A DNA stretch of 62,260 nucleotides, counting the filler. It is 4 parts of 4 records of this genome, joined end to end, with 100 filler letters (N's around TTAATTAATTAA, not from the genome) between each part and the next. Parts side by side here need not be neighbours in the genome. Positions count along the whole stretch, not along the records: positions 17,059 to 40,678 come from DRR723986_6656; 3 more parts are not named here. One strand, given 5' to 3'. The notes beneath the pieces were generated by a model, which was not told the origin of the DNA, did not search any database, and saw only the letters and a list, made by a program, of their open reading frames with translations. Shown here piece after piece: positions 29,649 to 40,104 of this stretch (its first letter is position 1; each line of letters opens with the position of its first letter). The position numbers were made by a program, and so were the translations under genes.

Positions 29649-32600
29649 ATGACAGAAGCAATACGACCCTTGAACGCCTTGGAACACATTTCCAAAAAAC
29701 TGAATCTTGAGTTGCACCTTGGTGCGCCCTTGCATTCCTACCGGATCTCCGACGCGCATTACACCTACCTCGAGCATTTTATCCGTGATGCCGTGCAATA
29801 CCGGCGTCTTGACAGCTGTGCGGCCATATTCGTCCTGTGGGCCGCCGAACGGTTCAGGCGCGAATATGCGGGCGGCGGCTATTCGTGGGAGTTCCTGACC
29901 GAACCGCTCCGCTTGGGAAAGAACTATGCCGAACTGCATCATCTGACCCGACGCGGGCTGAGAGAGTTCGGGCGCACCATTCGCCAAAGCGAGGAAGGGA
30001 CCACCTTCTACCTGATGACGCTGGCGGCGGAAGGCGGCTTTCCCGAAGCGCTGCTAGCCGCCCCGGACGGCCAGGCTCGGCGCGCCGTTCGCGGCATCAT
30101 GGCCGACATCGACAAGGTCGGGCGCGCGGCTCCGGTCGAGATCCTCGATCAGATCGTGGCGGACCGGGTCCGTGTCCTGAGCAAGGGGTTTCAGACGCGG
30201 GAATACCGCGACCTCCTTCGCGCCTTCTGTCTGGACATCATGACCCTGCGCGCAAGGATCCCCGAGACGATCCCGGTCGATGCAAGGCGGGACTGGCTCG
30301 ATGCCAATGAACCGGGATGGCAGGTTGCACTCCCCTTGCGGATCGAGTCAGCCGCAGCGCAGAGCCTTCTGAGCGATGTCGTGCGCGCCGAGAGCGGCGC
30401 CGGGACCGAGTCCCTGGCGGACCGTGTGTTGGTCCGGATCGACGATGCTTGGATACCCAAGGTGCGCATCGCGCGGGCCGCCGAGGTCCCCGAATGGCAA
30501 CTGCAAATCGGCGACACCCGGCTGCGGTCGATCCGCATCCTTCCCGATACCGACTTGGCCGGCTACGCGCCCGGCCTGGTGCTCTCGGCGGATCGCAGCC
30601 CGGATGCCAAGCTGTGGGACGTCCAGCGTGACAGCGCGGAACGCCGTGCGGAATTCGCGATGCCACTCAATCGGCCGGTCACCTTTCGGCTCATGGCGGA
30701 AGGGGTGCAAGTCGGATCGCACACGCCTTTGGGTGGCGAAGCGATCGACCCCGACGACCTGCCGACGCTGTGGGCGGGTGACGGGTCCGCCACAGGCGGA
30801 TCACCGCAAACCCTGCGTCGCCTCGGGTCGGGTGCGATTCGAACGCGGGCACCTCACGTCTGGGTCCTGCCGGGAAACGAGGGGGCCAGGTTCGACGGGC
30901 TTGACGCCGACGTCGATGGCACGGTGAACGGCAGTCCGCTGTACCGCGTGACGGGCCAAGGGCGCATCTTCGGTTCGGGCTGGAGCATGAAGGTCGTGAC
31001 GGCCAGTGACGAAGAGAGCAGCGACCGCCTGATTGCCTATGGGCCAATGGTGCCGGGAGTGCGCGACGCCCAGCGCATGGGGTTTCACCAAGGTGTGCCG
31101 CAGTTCCATGGCCACTGCGTCGACGGCGTGATCCGTGCCCTGTCGCCGAAAGATCTGCGCTGGCGTGCCACGGGACAAACCGCGTGGAAAAACGGCGTGC
31201 CACCGGAGGACGCCTGCCTTGGCCTCATCCAGTTCTGCTGGCGCGATGCAGAGGGCGCTGCGCGGGCCTTTACCTCCTGTCGCGTCATGCCGAAAGCGGC
31301 GCGCCTCGCCCTGTCGGAAACCGGGCCAGGCAAGATCGCCTTCCGCGTCTCGGGCATGCCGAGTGGGGTGACGGTTTCGCTGGGAGATGGCCGGGCCGCC
31401 CGCGTGAGCGACAGCGGGTCCGCGACCCTGCCGATTGTCGAAAACGTCGCGACGATGGGACGCGTCTCGGTGCATCTGCGTCCCTCCGAGGGCGCAGGCC
31501 GCCCTTTCGATGTCAGCCTGCAACGCCCGGGCGACCAAGGATGGTTCGCCGATGGTCAGGACAAGCTTCTGCAACGCGATATCGACCTCGACCTCGGCAT
31601 GCTGGCTGGCTGGCGCGTGCTGGCACCAACGGACCGCGAGGTGCATCTTCAGATCCGCCTGTTCGGGGACCATACGCCGGAACACCCGCTGGTCCTCACC
31701 GTCAGCAACGAGACCGCGCTAAGCGCGCTCCTGCCCCGGTTCCGTGGGCTCATGGCGGTTGGCGGGCCTGACAGCCGCCTGCATCTTCGAGTGCTCGTTG
31801 GCCCGACGCCAAGCCCGCGCATAACCCTGCGTCGGCATCTGCGAGAAGGGGACTGGCAGGGCGACACCTTTGTTCTCAGGACGCACGGCGGGATGGCGTC
31901 TGCGGAAAACCTGCCGGCCAAGGTCATCAACCTCAGCGCCCCAAGCCTTGTGCATCACTTCGATGCGCTGCCGATCGGGGAAGCCTTCTTTGACCATCTG
32001 CCCGAGCATCCCGGGCCATGGATGGTCTTTGCACGCGGCGACATGGGTCTGGTCCGACCGCCGAGGCCCCGGGCCAAACAGGTCGAGAATGCGCTTTCCG
32101 CGGCCCGCTTCTCCGACGACTTTCTTGCCTGTTCCAACGCGCGGACCCGGGACGGCAGGCTTGCCGCCTTCGGCAGGGAACTCGCCGAGTTGCTTTCCCC
32201 GATGCGGCAAGGCGACCTTGGGCTGTTCGAGCAACAACTCGAGGACCTTGGTGCCGACGAGACGCTGTGCAGCCTCGATTCCGTCGTGGCCCTAGATCGC
32301 GCCCCGGCGCTTGCCGCGCTGCTCTTGCTGCGCGCGACCAAGGAACAGCTGTCGGCCCGGATCGACCTCGAGAGCATCAGCCCGTTCTCATTGACGACGC
32401 TCCCATTGAGCAGCTGGAAACAGGCAATCCAGGCTCGAACCCGGCAGCTCGAAACGGCGATGGTCGCGGCCGGGCTCCCCCGAGACTCGGCGGTCCCATA
32501 CGCCCATGACGCGGTCGCCTCGAGCCTGCGCGCGATCCGCGACCGCCGCCCGGAACTCATCGGCCAATTGGTGCTGGCCGCCCTCGAGACCGGCACGTTC

Positions 32601-32942
32601 CAGGCCCTGCTCAAGGTCCTGACGTTCCCCAAGGCCCTGAACAATCCGGAAGCGGAACTGATGGCCGCCGCAGGAACCGCCGTTCGACGGCAGGACGGCA
32701 CACGCCATCCCTTCCCCCTGCGATCATCCTACGCTCCCGCGGGCTTTGCGCGATACGACGAAGCCATGCGCGACCTGCTCGACGCTCCCCTGGTCGCGGC
32801 GGAACACGTGCTTGGCCTGCAACCGCATCCGCCGAAGCCGGCCACCCTGATCGCGCTGCTGCACTACCGGCTGCAGCATCCCGACTACTTCGAAGCCGCG
32901 ATGCCCGCGGCGATCGCCTTCCTCAAGACAAAGAAAACGTGA
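29649..32942 (+). CDS. druH: Druantia type III DruH (STY4851/ECs_5259 family)
   Basis: 1097 aa; PLHSYRIS...FVLWAAERFRREY...YSW...LAAEGGFP N-terminus; directly upstream of and overlapping a DruE-type helicase. Confidence 0.75.
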   Translation: MTEAIRPLNALEHISKKLNLELHLGAPLHSYRISDAHYTYLEHFIRDAVQYRRLDSCAAIFVLWAAERFRREYAGGGYSWEFLTEPLRLGKNYAELHHLTRRGLREFGRTIRQSEEGTTFYLMTLAAEGGFPEALLAAPDGQARRAVRGIMADIDKVGRAAPVEILDQIVADRVRVLSKGFQTREYRDLLRAFCLDIMTLRARIPETIPVDARRDWLDANEPGWQVALPLRIESAAAQSLLSDVVRAESGAGTESLADRVLVRIDDAWIPKVRIARAAEVPEWQLQIGDTRLRSIRILPDTDLAGYAPGLVLSADRSPDAKLWDVQRDSAERRAEFAMPLNRPVTFRLMAEGVQVGSHTPLGGEAIDPDDLPTLWAGDGSATGGSPQTLRRLGSGAIRTRAPHVWVLPGNEGARFDGLDADVDGTVNGSPLYRVTGQGRIFGSGWSMKVVTASDEESSDRLIAYGPMVPGVRDAQRMGFHQGVPQFHGHCVDGVIRALSPKDLRWRATGQTAWKNGVPPEDACLGLIQFCWRDAEGAARAFTSCRVMPKAARLALSETGPGKIAFRVSGMPSGVTVSLGDGRAARVSDSGSATLPIVENVATMGRVSVHLRPSEGAGRPFDVSLQRPGDQGWFADGQDKLLQRDIDLDLGMLAGWRVLAPTDREVHLQIRLFGDHTPEHPLVLTVSNETALSALLPRFRGLMAVGGPDSRLHLRVLVGPTPSPRITLRRHLREGDWQGDTFVLRTHGGMASAENLPAKVINLSAPSLVHHFDALPIGEAFFDHLPEHPGPWMVFARGDMGLVRPPRPRAKQVENALSAARFSDDFLACSNARTRDGRLAAFGRELAELLSPMRQGDLGLFEQQLEDLGADETLCSLDSVVALDRAPALAALLLLRATKEQLSARIDLESISPFSLTTLPLSSWKQAIQARTRQLETAMVAAGLPRDSAVPYAHDAVASSLRAIRDRRPELIGQLVLAALETGTFQALLKVLTFPKALNNPEAELMAAAGTAVRRQDGTRHPFPLRSSYAPAGFARYDEAMRDLLDAPLVAAEHVLGLQPHPPKPATLIALLHYRLQHPDYFEAAMPAAIAFLKTKKT

Positions 32943-35900
32943 CAGACATGAAGACTTCCGGATACGGCTCTACCCTCGCGGCCGTCGCTGACCGCGCCGC
33001 CGCTGCCATCGTCGCCCGAGGCAACATTCGGTCCGACGCGGCGCGCGCCACCCTGACGCGCCGTCTTGCGGCACTGCCCGGCCATCCCGACAGCCTGATC
33101 GCGCCACCGGTCTTCGAGGCGGCGCGGGTCTGGCAGGCCGCCGAAACCGACATGCAAGGACTTGCCGGCAGCCTGCTGCGAGCGGATCTCGTCGATGCCT
33201 TGGCCAGCGCCGGGCCCGAGGCGATCCCAAAGGACCGGCACCCCTATTGGCATCAACACGCGGCTTGGACCTCTGCCGCGCAGGGGCGTAGCTACATGGT
33301 CACCAGCGGCACGGGTTCGGGCAAGACCGAGTGCTTCATGGTGCCGATGCTGAACGACATCCTCGACCAGTCGGAGACCGGTTCGCGGCACGGTGTCCGG
33401 GGGTTGATCCTCTACCCCCTGAACGCGCTGATCGATTCCCAGCGTGAACGTCTCAGCGCCTGGATTGCCCCGTTCTCGGGCAAGGTGTCCTACGCGCTCT
33501 ACAATCGCGACACCCCGGAGCGTCCCGGAATGCACAAGCCCCCCGCCCCGGCGGAGATCGGCAACCGCAAGGCGCTGCGCGAGACCCCCGCAAACCTGCT
33601 TGTGACGAACGTCACCATGCTCGAATACATGCTGACCCGCACCCAGGACCGCGGCATCCTCGAAAAATCCCAAGGCCAGTTGCGCTGGATCGTGCTGGAC
33701 GAAGCACACACCTATGTCGGCGCGCAAGCGGCGGAAATGGCGTTGCTGCTGCGCCGGGTGCGTCAGGCCTTTGGCGTCCGGCCCGAGGATGTGCGCCTCG
33801 TCGCCACCTCCGCAACCATCGGCGAGGGCGAGGCAACCGAGAAGGCACTGAAGACATTCGTGGCGACGCTCGCCGGTGTGGCGGAGTCTCAGGTCGACGT
33901 CATCATGGGGCGCGAGGCGCCGATGGCGCTGCCTCCACTGGGCAAGGACGGCCCGCTGGACGTCGAGGCATTGCGATCGGCCGACCCCGACGCGCTCTGG
34001 CAGACGCTTGCCCCGCACCCACGCGTGCGCAAGGCGCGCGAGATGCTCCGCTCGGGCGGGGCGCGCCTGGACGCCCTGTCGCGCGTGCTCTGCCCGGAGA
34101 AAGAGAACGACGCGCAGGCCGCAGCCGAGACCGTGCTCGATGCCATGGCGCAGGCGCGTCCCGACAAGGACCACCCGACGCTCGCGCCTTGGCGTTTGAA
34201 CGTGTTCGAGCGCTCTCAGGCCGGGCTCTGGGCCTGCGTCGATCCGCGATGCGCGCTCAGGGCGCCGGAACTGGCCGCAAAGGACAGCGACTGGCCGTTT
34301 GGACAGATCCACCTGTTCCAGCGCGAGACCTGTGGCTGCGGCGCGCCGGTCTTCGAGATCGGAGCCTGCAGCGATTGCGGCACGCCCTGGCTACTGGCGC
34401 GCGAGGAAAGCGGCGCGGAGCGCAAGCTGATGCAGCGCGTGCAGGACACCGAAGAAGACGACTTCCGTCTCGATGTCGAACCCGAGGAAGCCGATCAGGA
34501 TATTACCGTAGGCCATGACGTGCTGGTCGGTTCAGGGGCCACGGACCGTCCGACACGCCTCCTGCGTCACGCCGACGGCGTTGTGCGCGACATCGACACC
34601 GACGAGCCCCGGCACACGCCGATCCTGCTGACCCCGCAAAAGGAGCGCGGCTGCTGCGCGCGGGCGCATCACGACGAAACCCGCGTCACCCCGCAGCGTT
34701 TCGGCGCACCCTTCCTGCTTGGCGCGGCGATCCCGCAACTGCTTGAGGCGATGCCCCGCCCCGACGGTGTGAAAGGCGCCGCTCCGCTCGCCGGGCGCCG
34801 CCTGCTGTCCTTCACCGACAGCCGTCAGGGCACCGCGCGCTTTGCCGCGAAACTGCAGCAGGAGGCGGAACGCAACCTGACCCGCGCGACGATCTGGCAC
34901 GCGGTGCAAGCCACCGGCGCGGGCGATCCAGCCAGGGCGGCAGAGCTACGCGGTCAACTGGCGCAATTGCGCGCCATCGCGGGCATCGAAAGCGTCATCA
35001 GCGGCCTCGAAGCCCAGCTGGCCGAGGCCGAAGGCGGCTTTGCGCCCGTCCCGTGGTCGGCCATGGTCACATTGCTGGCAGAAAACGCGGAACTGCGCGG
35101 CTTCGCCGGGGAGGTCTGGCGCGGGCGCGTCGCGAGCCACGAATATGGTGGACTCACGCTCGCCGACGAGCCGGTCGAACTGGCGAAGCTCTTCCTGCTC
35201 CGCGAGATCTTCCGCCGTCCGAAGTTCCAGAACAACGTCGAGACCATGGGCATGGCGCGGGTGTGCTGGCCAGAACTGGAGCGTCTGCTGGAAGGCGGCC
35301 CGGTGCCCGCGCCCCTTGCCGAGGCCGGACATGGGGCGGAGGCCTGGATCGGTCTGGCGCTGATGGCGATCGACAACGTGTTCCGCACCCGGCTTGCCGT
35401 GCACATGCAGCGCGATCCGGTCGACCTTGCCCATTGGATTTCCCCCCGGCAGGCAAGCAGCCAGGTTGCCGCCCCCGGGCAAGACGTGGACGACACGCAA
35501 TCCAGCCGCACCACGATTCGATGGCCCTCGGCCCTCAACGAACGGTCCCGCCTCGTGCAGATGGTTTATCGTCTCGTCGACGGCACGCCTGAGTCCGCCA
35601 CGGACCGCGAACGCTGCCAGGCGGTATTGGGTGCCCTCTGGACTGCGCTGCGCACCTCGAAGGTGCTGCGAGATGCCGACGCCGGCTGCGTGCAACTTGA
35701 TTTCACGCGCTCCGCATTGGTGGCTTTGGACTCTGCCTGGCATTGCCCGATCACGCGGCGACTGCTGCCCTACTCCGTCGCGGGGATCACGCCAAACGAT
35801 CCGACCTGCGATACGACGATGCGGCGCGTGTCGCTGCCGAAGCTGCCGCTCGCGCGACCGGGCGGTATGGCGGAAGCGGACCGCGCCGACGTCAAGGACT

Positions 35901-38900
35901 GGACCAGAAGTGACCCGACCGTGTCCACGATCCGCGCATCCGGGCTCTGGACCAACCTCCACGATCGCGCCGCGACATTCGCCCCCTTCCTGCGCGCACA
36001 AGAGCATTCCGCCCAGATCGACCGCAAGAGTCTGCAAGGCTACGAAGAAGCATTCCGAAAGGGCAGGATCAACATTCTCAACTGCTCCACCACCATGGAG
36101 ATGGGCGTCGACATTCCCAATGTCGGCACCGTGGTGAACACCAACGTGCCGCCCGCACCGTCGAACTACCGCCAGCGCATCGGCCGGGCCGGACGGCGCG
36201 GAGAACCCTGGGCGCTGTCATTCACCTTCTGCAAGGACAAGCCGCTCGACTGGCAGGTGTTTCGCGCCCCGGAAACCCTGCTGCAGGCCGCGATCCCGGC
36301 GCCCGCGGTGCGCCTCGACAGCCCGGTCATGGTCTCGCGGCACGTCAATGCCCTGCTGCTGGGCATGTTCCTGCGGCGCGAAGGCGGCTTGAACATCAAG
36401 ACCTCCATCGGCTCCTTCCTCGGGGCGCGATCCTTCCGCAACGACGATGACGACCTGGCCGAGACATGGGTGGAAAATCCGATGGCGGACCAATTCCTCG
36501 ACGAGCTGGATAAGGGCTGGGGCGACACCCCCGACATCCGCGAGGCCATCGCTCTTCTTGTCCAGGGCACGGCACTCGCCGGACAGACCAACCTCGCCGC
36601 CGGAACGGCCAACGCCCTGAACGATCTCGTTCGCCACTGGCGGTCCGAGTATGAGCGGCTTGTCGATGGCTGGCGCGCCATGCCTGCTCCGTCGCCCGAA
36701 AGAGCGTTCTACGGCAACCGCGCCCGCCGCATGAGCGGTGAGTTCCTGATGACGGAACTGGCGCGCCGGGGCTTCACGCCGTCCTACGGATTCCCGGTGG
36801 ACGTGGTCAGCTTCGATCACATCGGCAAGGCCGGTGGCAACGGACCCAGCCGTCAACTCGACATCGCCATCCGCGACTATGCGCCCGGCTCCGAGATCGT
36901 CATCGACGGGCTGGTGCATAAATCCGAAGGCATCCTGCCGGCCTGGAGCAATACGACCGACGCGGAGAACCTCGAAGACCTGCGGACGCGGTGGAGCTGC
37001 ACCCGCTGCGCGGCCTTCGGGCTTTCCCGGGAGACGGTCCATAGCTGCCCGGATTGCAGCGCCGAGGTTCACACCGGAGAGCTGCTGCGCCCGTCCGGCT
37101 TCCTCGGCAAACGCAAACCGCACGCGGGATACGAGCAGGTCAGCTTCGTCGCGCCGGATCGCCCCAAGGTTTCGGCCAGTTCGGCCCTCTGGATCAGCTT
37201 GGCGGACCCTTCCGTCGGGCGCGTCCGGACGTCGCGACAGGGGCAAGTGCTGTTCTCCGCCTCCAGCCCGACCGGGCATGGCTATGCCATCTGTCTCGCC
37301 TGTGGATACTCAGAACCGGAAGGCGGGCCAAAGCAGGAAACGCCGCTGTCGAAATCCATGCTCACCCACTACCCGCTGCAACCGATCCGCAACAATCCGC
37401 GACACGATCGCACCTGCCCGGGATCGGATGACGCCTCGCGCAAGATCCGCCGCAACGTCGTTCTGGGCAACGCGATCACGACCGATGTCTTCGAATGGCA
37501 ACTGCGCGACCTGCCCTCGACCGAGACCGGAAAGATGAAAGCCATGGCCCTTGCCGCGGCCCTGCGCGAGGCCTTGGCGAAGTCCCTCGGGGTCGAGGCG
37601 GAAGACATGGGGATATCGGCCGCTCCGACCCCGCTGGAACACGAGGCCAAGGCGATGTCGATCTTCCTCTTCGATCGCGCTTCGGGTGGTTCGGGCTTTG
37701 CGCCCTTGGCTCAGGATGCGCTGACCGACCTGGTCGCGCGGATGACGGACATCCTCGACTGCAAGGCCGGTTGTGCATCGGGCTGTCCGGAATGCATCCT
37801 GCGGGGTGACATCCAGTACGATCAGAAATCCATGGATCGCCCCGGCGCGCTCGAGACCGTCCGCTCCATCCAGCAACGCATTGCGCTGCCCGCGGACCTG
37901 CAGGTCTTCGGCTCGGACAGCCGCGTCCTTCTTCGGGCGCTGCCGGACTGGATCGGCCCGCTCATGCGCAACAACCTGGCGACGGATGTGACCCTCTACA
38001 TGCACGGGGCGCCGGACTTCTGGGATCTGCGCACACTCGCCGCGCGCATGCCACGACGCGACGAGGCGAAGATCGCGCGCGTCGTTCTGGAAACGGCCCT
38101 GCTGCCGCGCATGGAGGCGGCTGAAAAGGTGGATCTCGTCCGCTTTCTCGCCGAATGCGGTGCGAGCTTGCACATGCTCGACACGCTGCCCCGGCGGCAA
38201 GGCATGCCAGTCCTGTGCCACCTGTCCTACGCGGGCCAGTCACAGGCGATCGTCGCTGCCGATGCCGAGGCTGCGATCGCAGACGAGGCTTGGGGCACCC
38301 CAAAGGACGGCCCGCTGATCCGCGGCCCCGACGCCGCCCTAGCCCTGGGCCATGCCCTGTCGGCCGAAAAACTGGCGCTCTACAACGAAGGCAACACCGT
38401 TCACGCGGATGTCGGCACGCGCCTGGATGGCACCATCGGCAAGTTCGGGCACGCTTTCTGGAAGCTGGTCAAGACATTGCGCCCGCAAGCCTTCCGCGAC
38501 GTGGCTCTGTCCAAGGTGACCTACACGGATCGCTACCTGCAAGCGCCCCTCCCCCTGCGCCTGCTCTTCGAGGTGCTCCGAACCACGCCCGGTGGTCTGC
38601 CCGAGGACATCGAGATCGTCACCGCGGCGCGACACGGGGACGAGCCGTGGAAACGGCACACCATCGAGGACAACTGGGCCGACGAGCGCCTGCGCCGAGA
38701 GACCATGCTGGCCCTGCTTCCGGGCACGAGGATCCACATCAGACCCAAGCGGGATTGCCCCCATCCGCGCTGTCTCACGCTCGAATGGCAGGATGGGCGC
38801 TCGCTGCGGATCAACCTCGACCAGGGTCTCGGAACCTGGACCGTCACCGGACGCATCGCACCCCGTTTCGACGTCGACGAGGCCCCTGCGACGCAGGCGA

Positions 38901-38980
38901 AGCAATTGCAGCAGATGGTCTTCGAAATCGGCAACCGGCACGGCGCTGGGATCGAAAGCCCGATCTGGGTGACATGGTAA
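32939..38980 (+). CDS. druE: Druantia DruE: DEAH-box helicase with Zn fingers, DUF1998 and C-terminal PLD-like domain
   Basis: SGTGSGKTE, YPLNALIDSQ, LDEAHTY, FTDSRQ, TTMEMGVDI, QRIGRAGRR, CKAGCASGCPEC, YTDRYL...HPR...LDQG. Confidence 0.85.
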   Translation: MTDMKTSGYGSTLAAVADRAAAAIVARGNIRSDAARATLTRRLAALPGHPDSLIAPPVFEAARVWQAAETDMQGLAGSLLRADLVDALASAGPEAIPKDRHPYWHQHAAWTSAAQGRSYMVTSGTGSGKTECFMVPMLNDILDQSETGSRHGVRGLILYPLNALIDSQRERLSAWIAPFSGKVSYALYNRDTPERPGMHKPPAPAEIGNRKALRETPANLLVTNVTMLEYMLTRTQDRGILEKSQGQLRWIVLDEAHTYVGAQAAEMALLLRRVRQAFGVRPEDVRLVATSATIGEGEATEKALKTFVATLAGVAESQVDVIMGREAPMALPPLGKDGPLDVEALRSADPDALWQTLAPHPRVRKAREMLRSGGARLDALSRVLCPEKENDAQAAAETVLDAMAQARPDKDHPTLAPWRLNVFERSQAGLWACVDPRCALRAPELAAKDSDWPFGQIHLFQRETCGCGAPVFEIGACSDCGTPWLLAREESGAERKLMQRVQDTEEDDFRLDVEPEEADQDITVGHDVLVGSGATDRPTRLLRHADGVVRDIDTDEPRHTPILLTPQKERGCCARAHHDETRVTPQRFGAPFLLGAAIPQLLEAMPRPDGVKGAAPLAGRRLLSFTDSRQGTARFAAKLQQEAERNLTRATIWHAVQATGAGDPARAAELRGQLAQLRAIAGIESVISGLEAQLAEAEGGFAPVPWSAMVTLLAENAELRGFAGEVWRGRVASHEYGGLTLADEPVELAKLFLLREIFRRPKFQNNVETMGMARVCWPELERLLEGGPVPAPLAEAGHGAEAWIGLALMAIDNVFRTRLAVHMQRDPVDLAHWISPRQASSQVAAPGQDVDDTQSSRTTIRWPSALNERSRLVQMVYRLVDGTPESATDRERCQAVLGALWTALRTSKVLRDADAGCVQLDFTRSALVALDSAWHCPITRRLLPYSVAGITPNDPTCDTTMRRVSLPKLPLARPGGMAEADRADVKDWTRSDPTVSTIRASGLWTNLHDRAATFAPFLRAQEHSAQIDRKSLQGYEEAFRKGRINILNCSTTMEMGVDIPNVGTVVNTNVPPAPSNYRQRIGRAGRRGEPWALSFTFCKDKPLDWQVFRAPETLLQAAIPAPAVRLDSPVMVSRHVNALLLGMFLRREGGLNIKTSIGSFLGARSFRNDDDDLAETWVENPMADQFLDELDKGWGDTPDIREAIALLVQGTALAGQTNLAAGTANALNDLVRHWRSEYERLVDGWRAMPAPSPERAFYGNRARRMSGEFLMTELARRGFTPSYGFPVDVVSFDHIGKAGGNGPSRQLDIAIRDYAPGSEIVIDGLVHKSEGILPAWSNTTDAENLEDLRTRWSCTRCAAFGLSRETVHSCPDCSAEVHTGELLRPSGFLGKRKPHAGYEQVSFVAPDRPKVSASSALWISLADPSVGRVRTSRQGQVLFSASSPTGHGYAICLACGYSEPEGGPKQETPLSKSMLTHYPLQPIRNNPRHDRTCPGSDDASRKIRRNVVLGNAITTDVFEWQLRDLPSTETGKMKAMALAAALREALAKSLGVEAEDMGISAAPTPLEHEAKAMSIFLFDRASGGSGFAPLAQDALTDLVARMTDILDCKAGCASGCPECILRGDIQYDQKSMDRPGALETVRSIQQRIALPADLQVFGSDSRVLLRALPDWIGPLMRNNLATDVTLYMHGAPDFWDLRTLAARMPRRDEAKIARVVLETALLPRMEAAEKVDLVRFLAECGASLHMLDTLPRRQGMPVLCHLSYAGQSQAIVAADAEAAIADEAWGTPKDGPLIRGPDAALALGHALSAEKLALYNEGNTVHADVGTRLDGTIGKFGHAFWKLVKTLRPQAFRDVALSKVTYTDRYLQAPLPLRLLFEVLRTTPGGLPEDIEIVTAARHGDEPWKRHTIEDNWADERLRRETMLALLPGTRIHIRPKRDCPHPRCLTLEWQDGRSLRINLDQGLGTWTVTGRIAPRFDVDEAPATQAKQLQQMVFEIGNRHGAGIESPIWVTW

Positions 38981-39041
38981 CGAAGGTTTCTCCCCTCCCC
39001 CATGGCCTCACGCCACGGACGTCGGGTCGGGACCGAAGGAC

Positions 39042-39091
39042 TTGACGTCTACGGAAAGCGCGGCAAGCATGACGGAAACAGTCGTGCTTGC
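39042..39091 (+). promoter_or_regulatory. Sigma70-like promoter overlapped by palindromic operator (box 3)
   Basis: TTGACG-N17-AAGCAT; GCAAGCATGAC-GGAAACA-GTCGTGCTTGC (11-bp arms, 1 mismatch) at 39063-39091. Confidence 0.6.
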
Positions 39092-39105
39092 CGGAAGGTC
39101 CAGGG

Positions 39106-40104
39106 ATGTCATTCGCCAAAGCTGCCGATCTGTTGCGTCTTGCCGACATGACGAGCGCCCGTTTCGACGGCGTCTCCCTGACCGACGTAGCGGAAGAATT
39201 CCAATGCGACCATCGGACGGCGCAGCGTATGATGCGCGCCTTCGAGCAGGTCTTTCCCGACGTCACCGTTCAGGACGGCGACGATCGGCGTCGTCGCTGG
39301 CGGCTCGGACGCGTGGATCAGCGCTGGCTTCAGGCGCAAGGTCTGCGCGACAGTGAACTGGTCGCGTTGGAAATGGCCGCCCGTCGTGCGAGGCGCGACG
39401 GGGCGCCCGACGAGGCGATGCGCCTCGACCGCTTGCGCGAACGGCTTCTCGCAGCCATGCCATCGAGTCAGGCCCGCCGGACCGAAGCCGACGCCGAAGC
39501 CTTGCTCGAAGCGCAGGGGTTCGCCTGCCGCCCGGGTCCGAAGGCGGTTTCCGATACGACCTTGCTCGGGACCTTGACCGAAGCCCTCCGCGCCCCCTGG
39601 ATCGTGTCGATGACGTACCAAGGCGCACTGGACGATGCGCCCAGGTCCCGTCAGGTCGAGCCCTACGGCCTGCTCCTCGGCACGCGACAGTACCTCGTGG
39701 CGCGCCCGGTCGACGGCGATGGCACGATGCGGCGCTTTCGCCTCGATCGAATTGCCGAAGCCGAAATCACGGCGCAAAGTTTTCTGCGCGACCCCGAGTT
39801 CGACCTCGCTTCTTACGCCAAGCTGTCTTTCGCCTCTTGGCACGATCCCAGAGAGTATGGTCCGGTGGAATGGCGGTTCTCCCCGGAAGCAGCCGAAACG
39901 GCCCGCGATTTCGTCTTCCACCCCGACCAGCACGTCAGCCTCCACTCGGACGGTTCGCTCACCGTCCGGTTCGAAGCGTCAGGGCACCTGGAAATGGCGT
40001 GGCACCTGGTGCAGTGGGGAGAGCATGTGACCGTCGTCACACCGCCCGCGCTGGCCGACCTTATGGCAAAGATAGAACCGGGCACCTTTCCCGCCCTGCC
40101 CTAG
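39106..40104 (+). CDS. HTH-WYL-WCX transcriptional regulator (DriD-like)
   Basis: KAADLLRLA...RTAQRM winged helix; VEPYGLL...YLVAR...FRLDRI WYL; FHPDQ...LEMAWHLVQWG. Confidence 0.9.
   Translation: MSFAKAADLLRLADMTSARFDGVSLTDVAEEFQCDHRTAQRMMRAFEQVFPDVTVQDGDDRRRRWRLGRVDQRWLQAQGLRDSELVALEMAARRARRDGAPDEAMRLDRLRERLLAAMPSSQARRTEADAEALLEAQGFACRPGPKAVSDTTLLGTLTEALRAPWIVSMTYQGALDDAPRSRQVEPYGLLLGTRQYLVARPVDGDGTMRRFRLDRIAEAEITAQSFLRDPEFDLASYAKLSFASWHDPREYGPVEWRFSPEAAETARDFVFHPDQHVSLHSDGSLTVRFEASGHLEMAWHLVQWGEHVTVVTPPALADLMAKIEPGTFPALP

Noticed and set aside
32939-38980. DISARM DrmA/DrmB or Dpd call for the DUF1998 helicase
   Set aside because: A single ~2000-aa fusion with an upstream ~1100-aa partner fits Druantia III better; no drmC/D or dpd genes seen.
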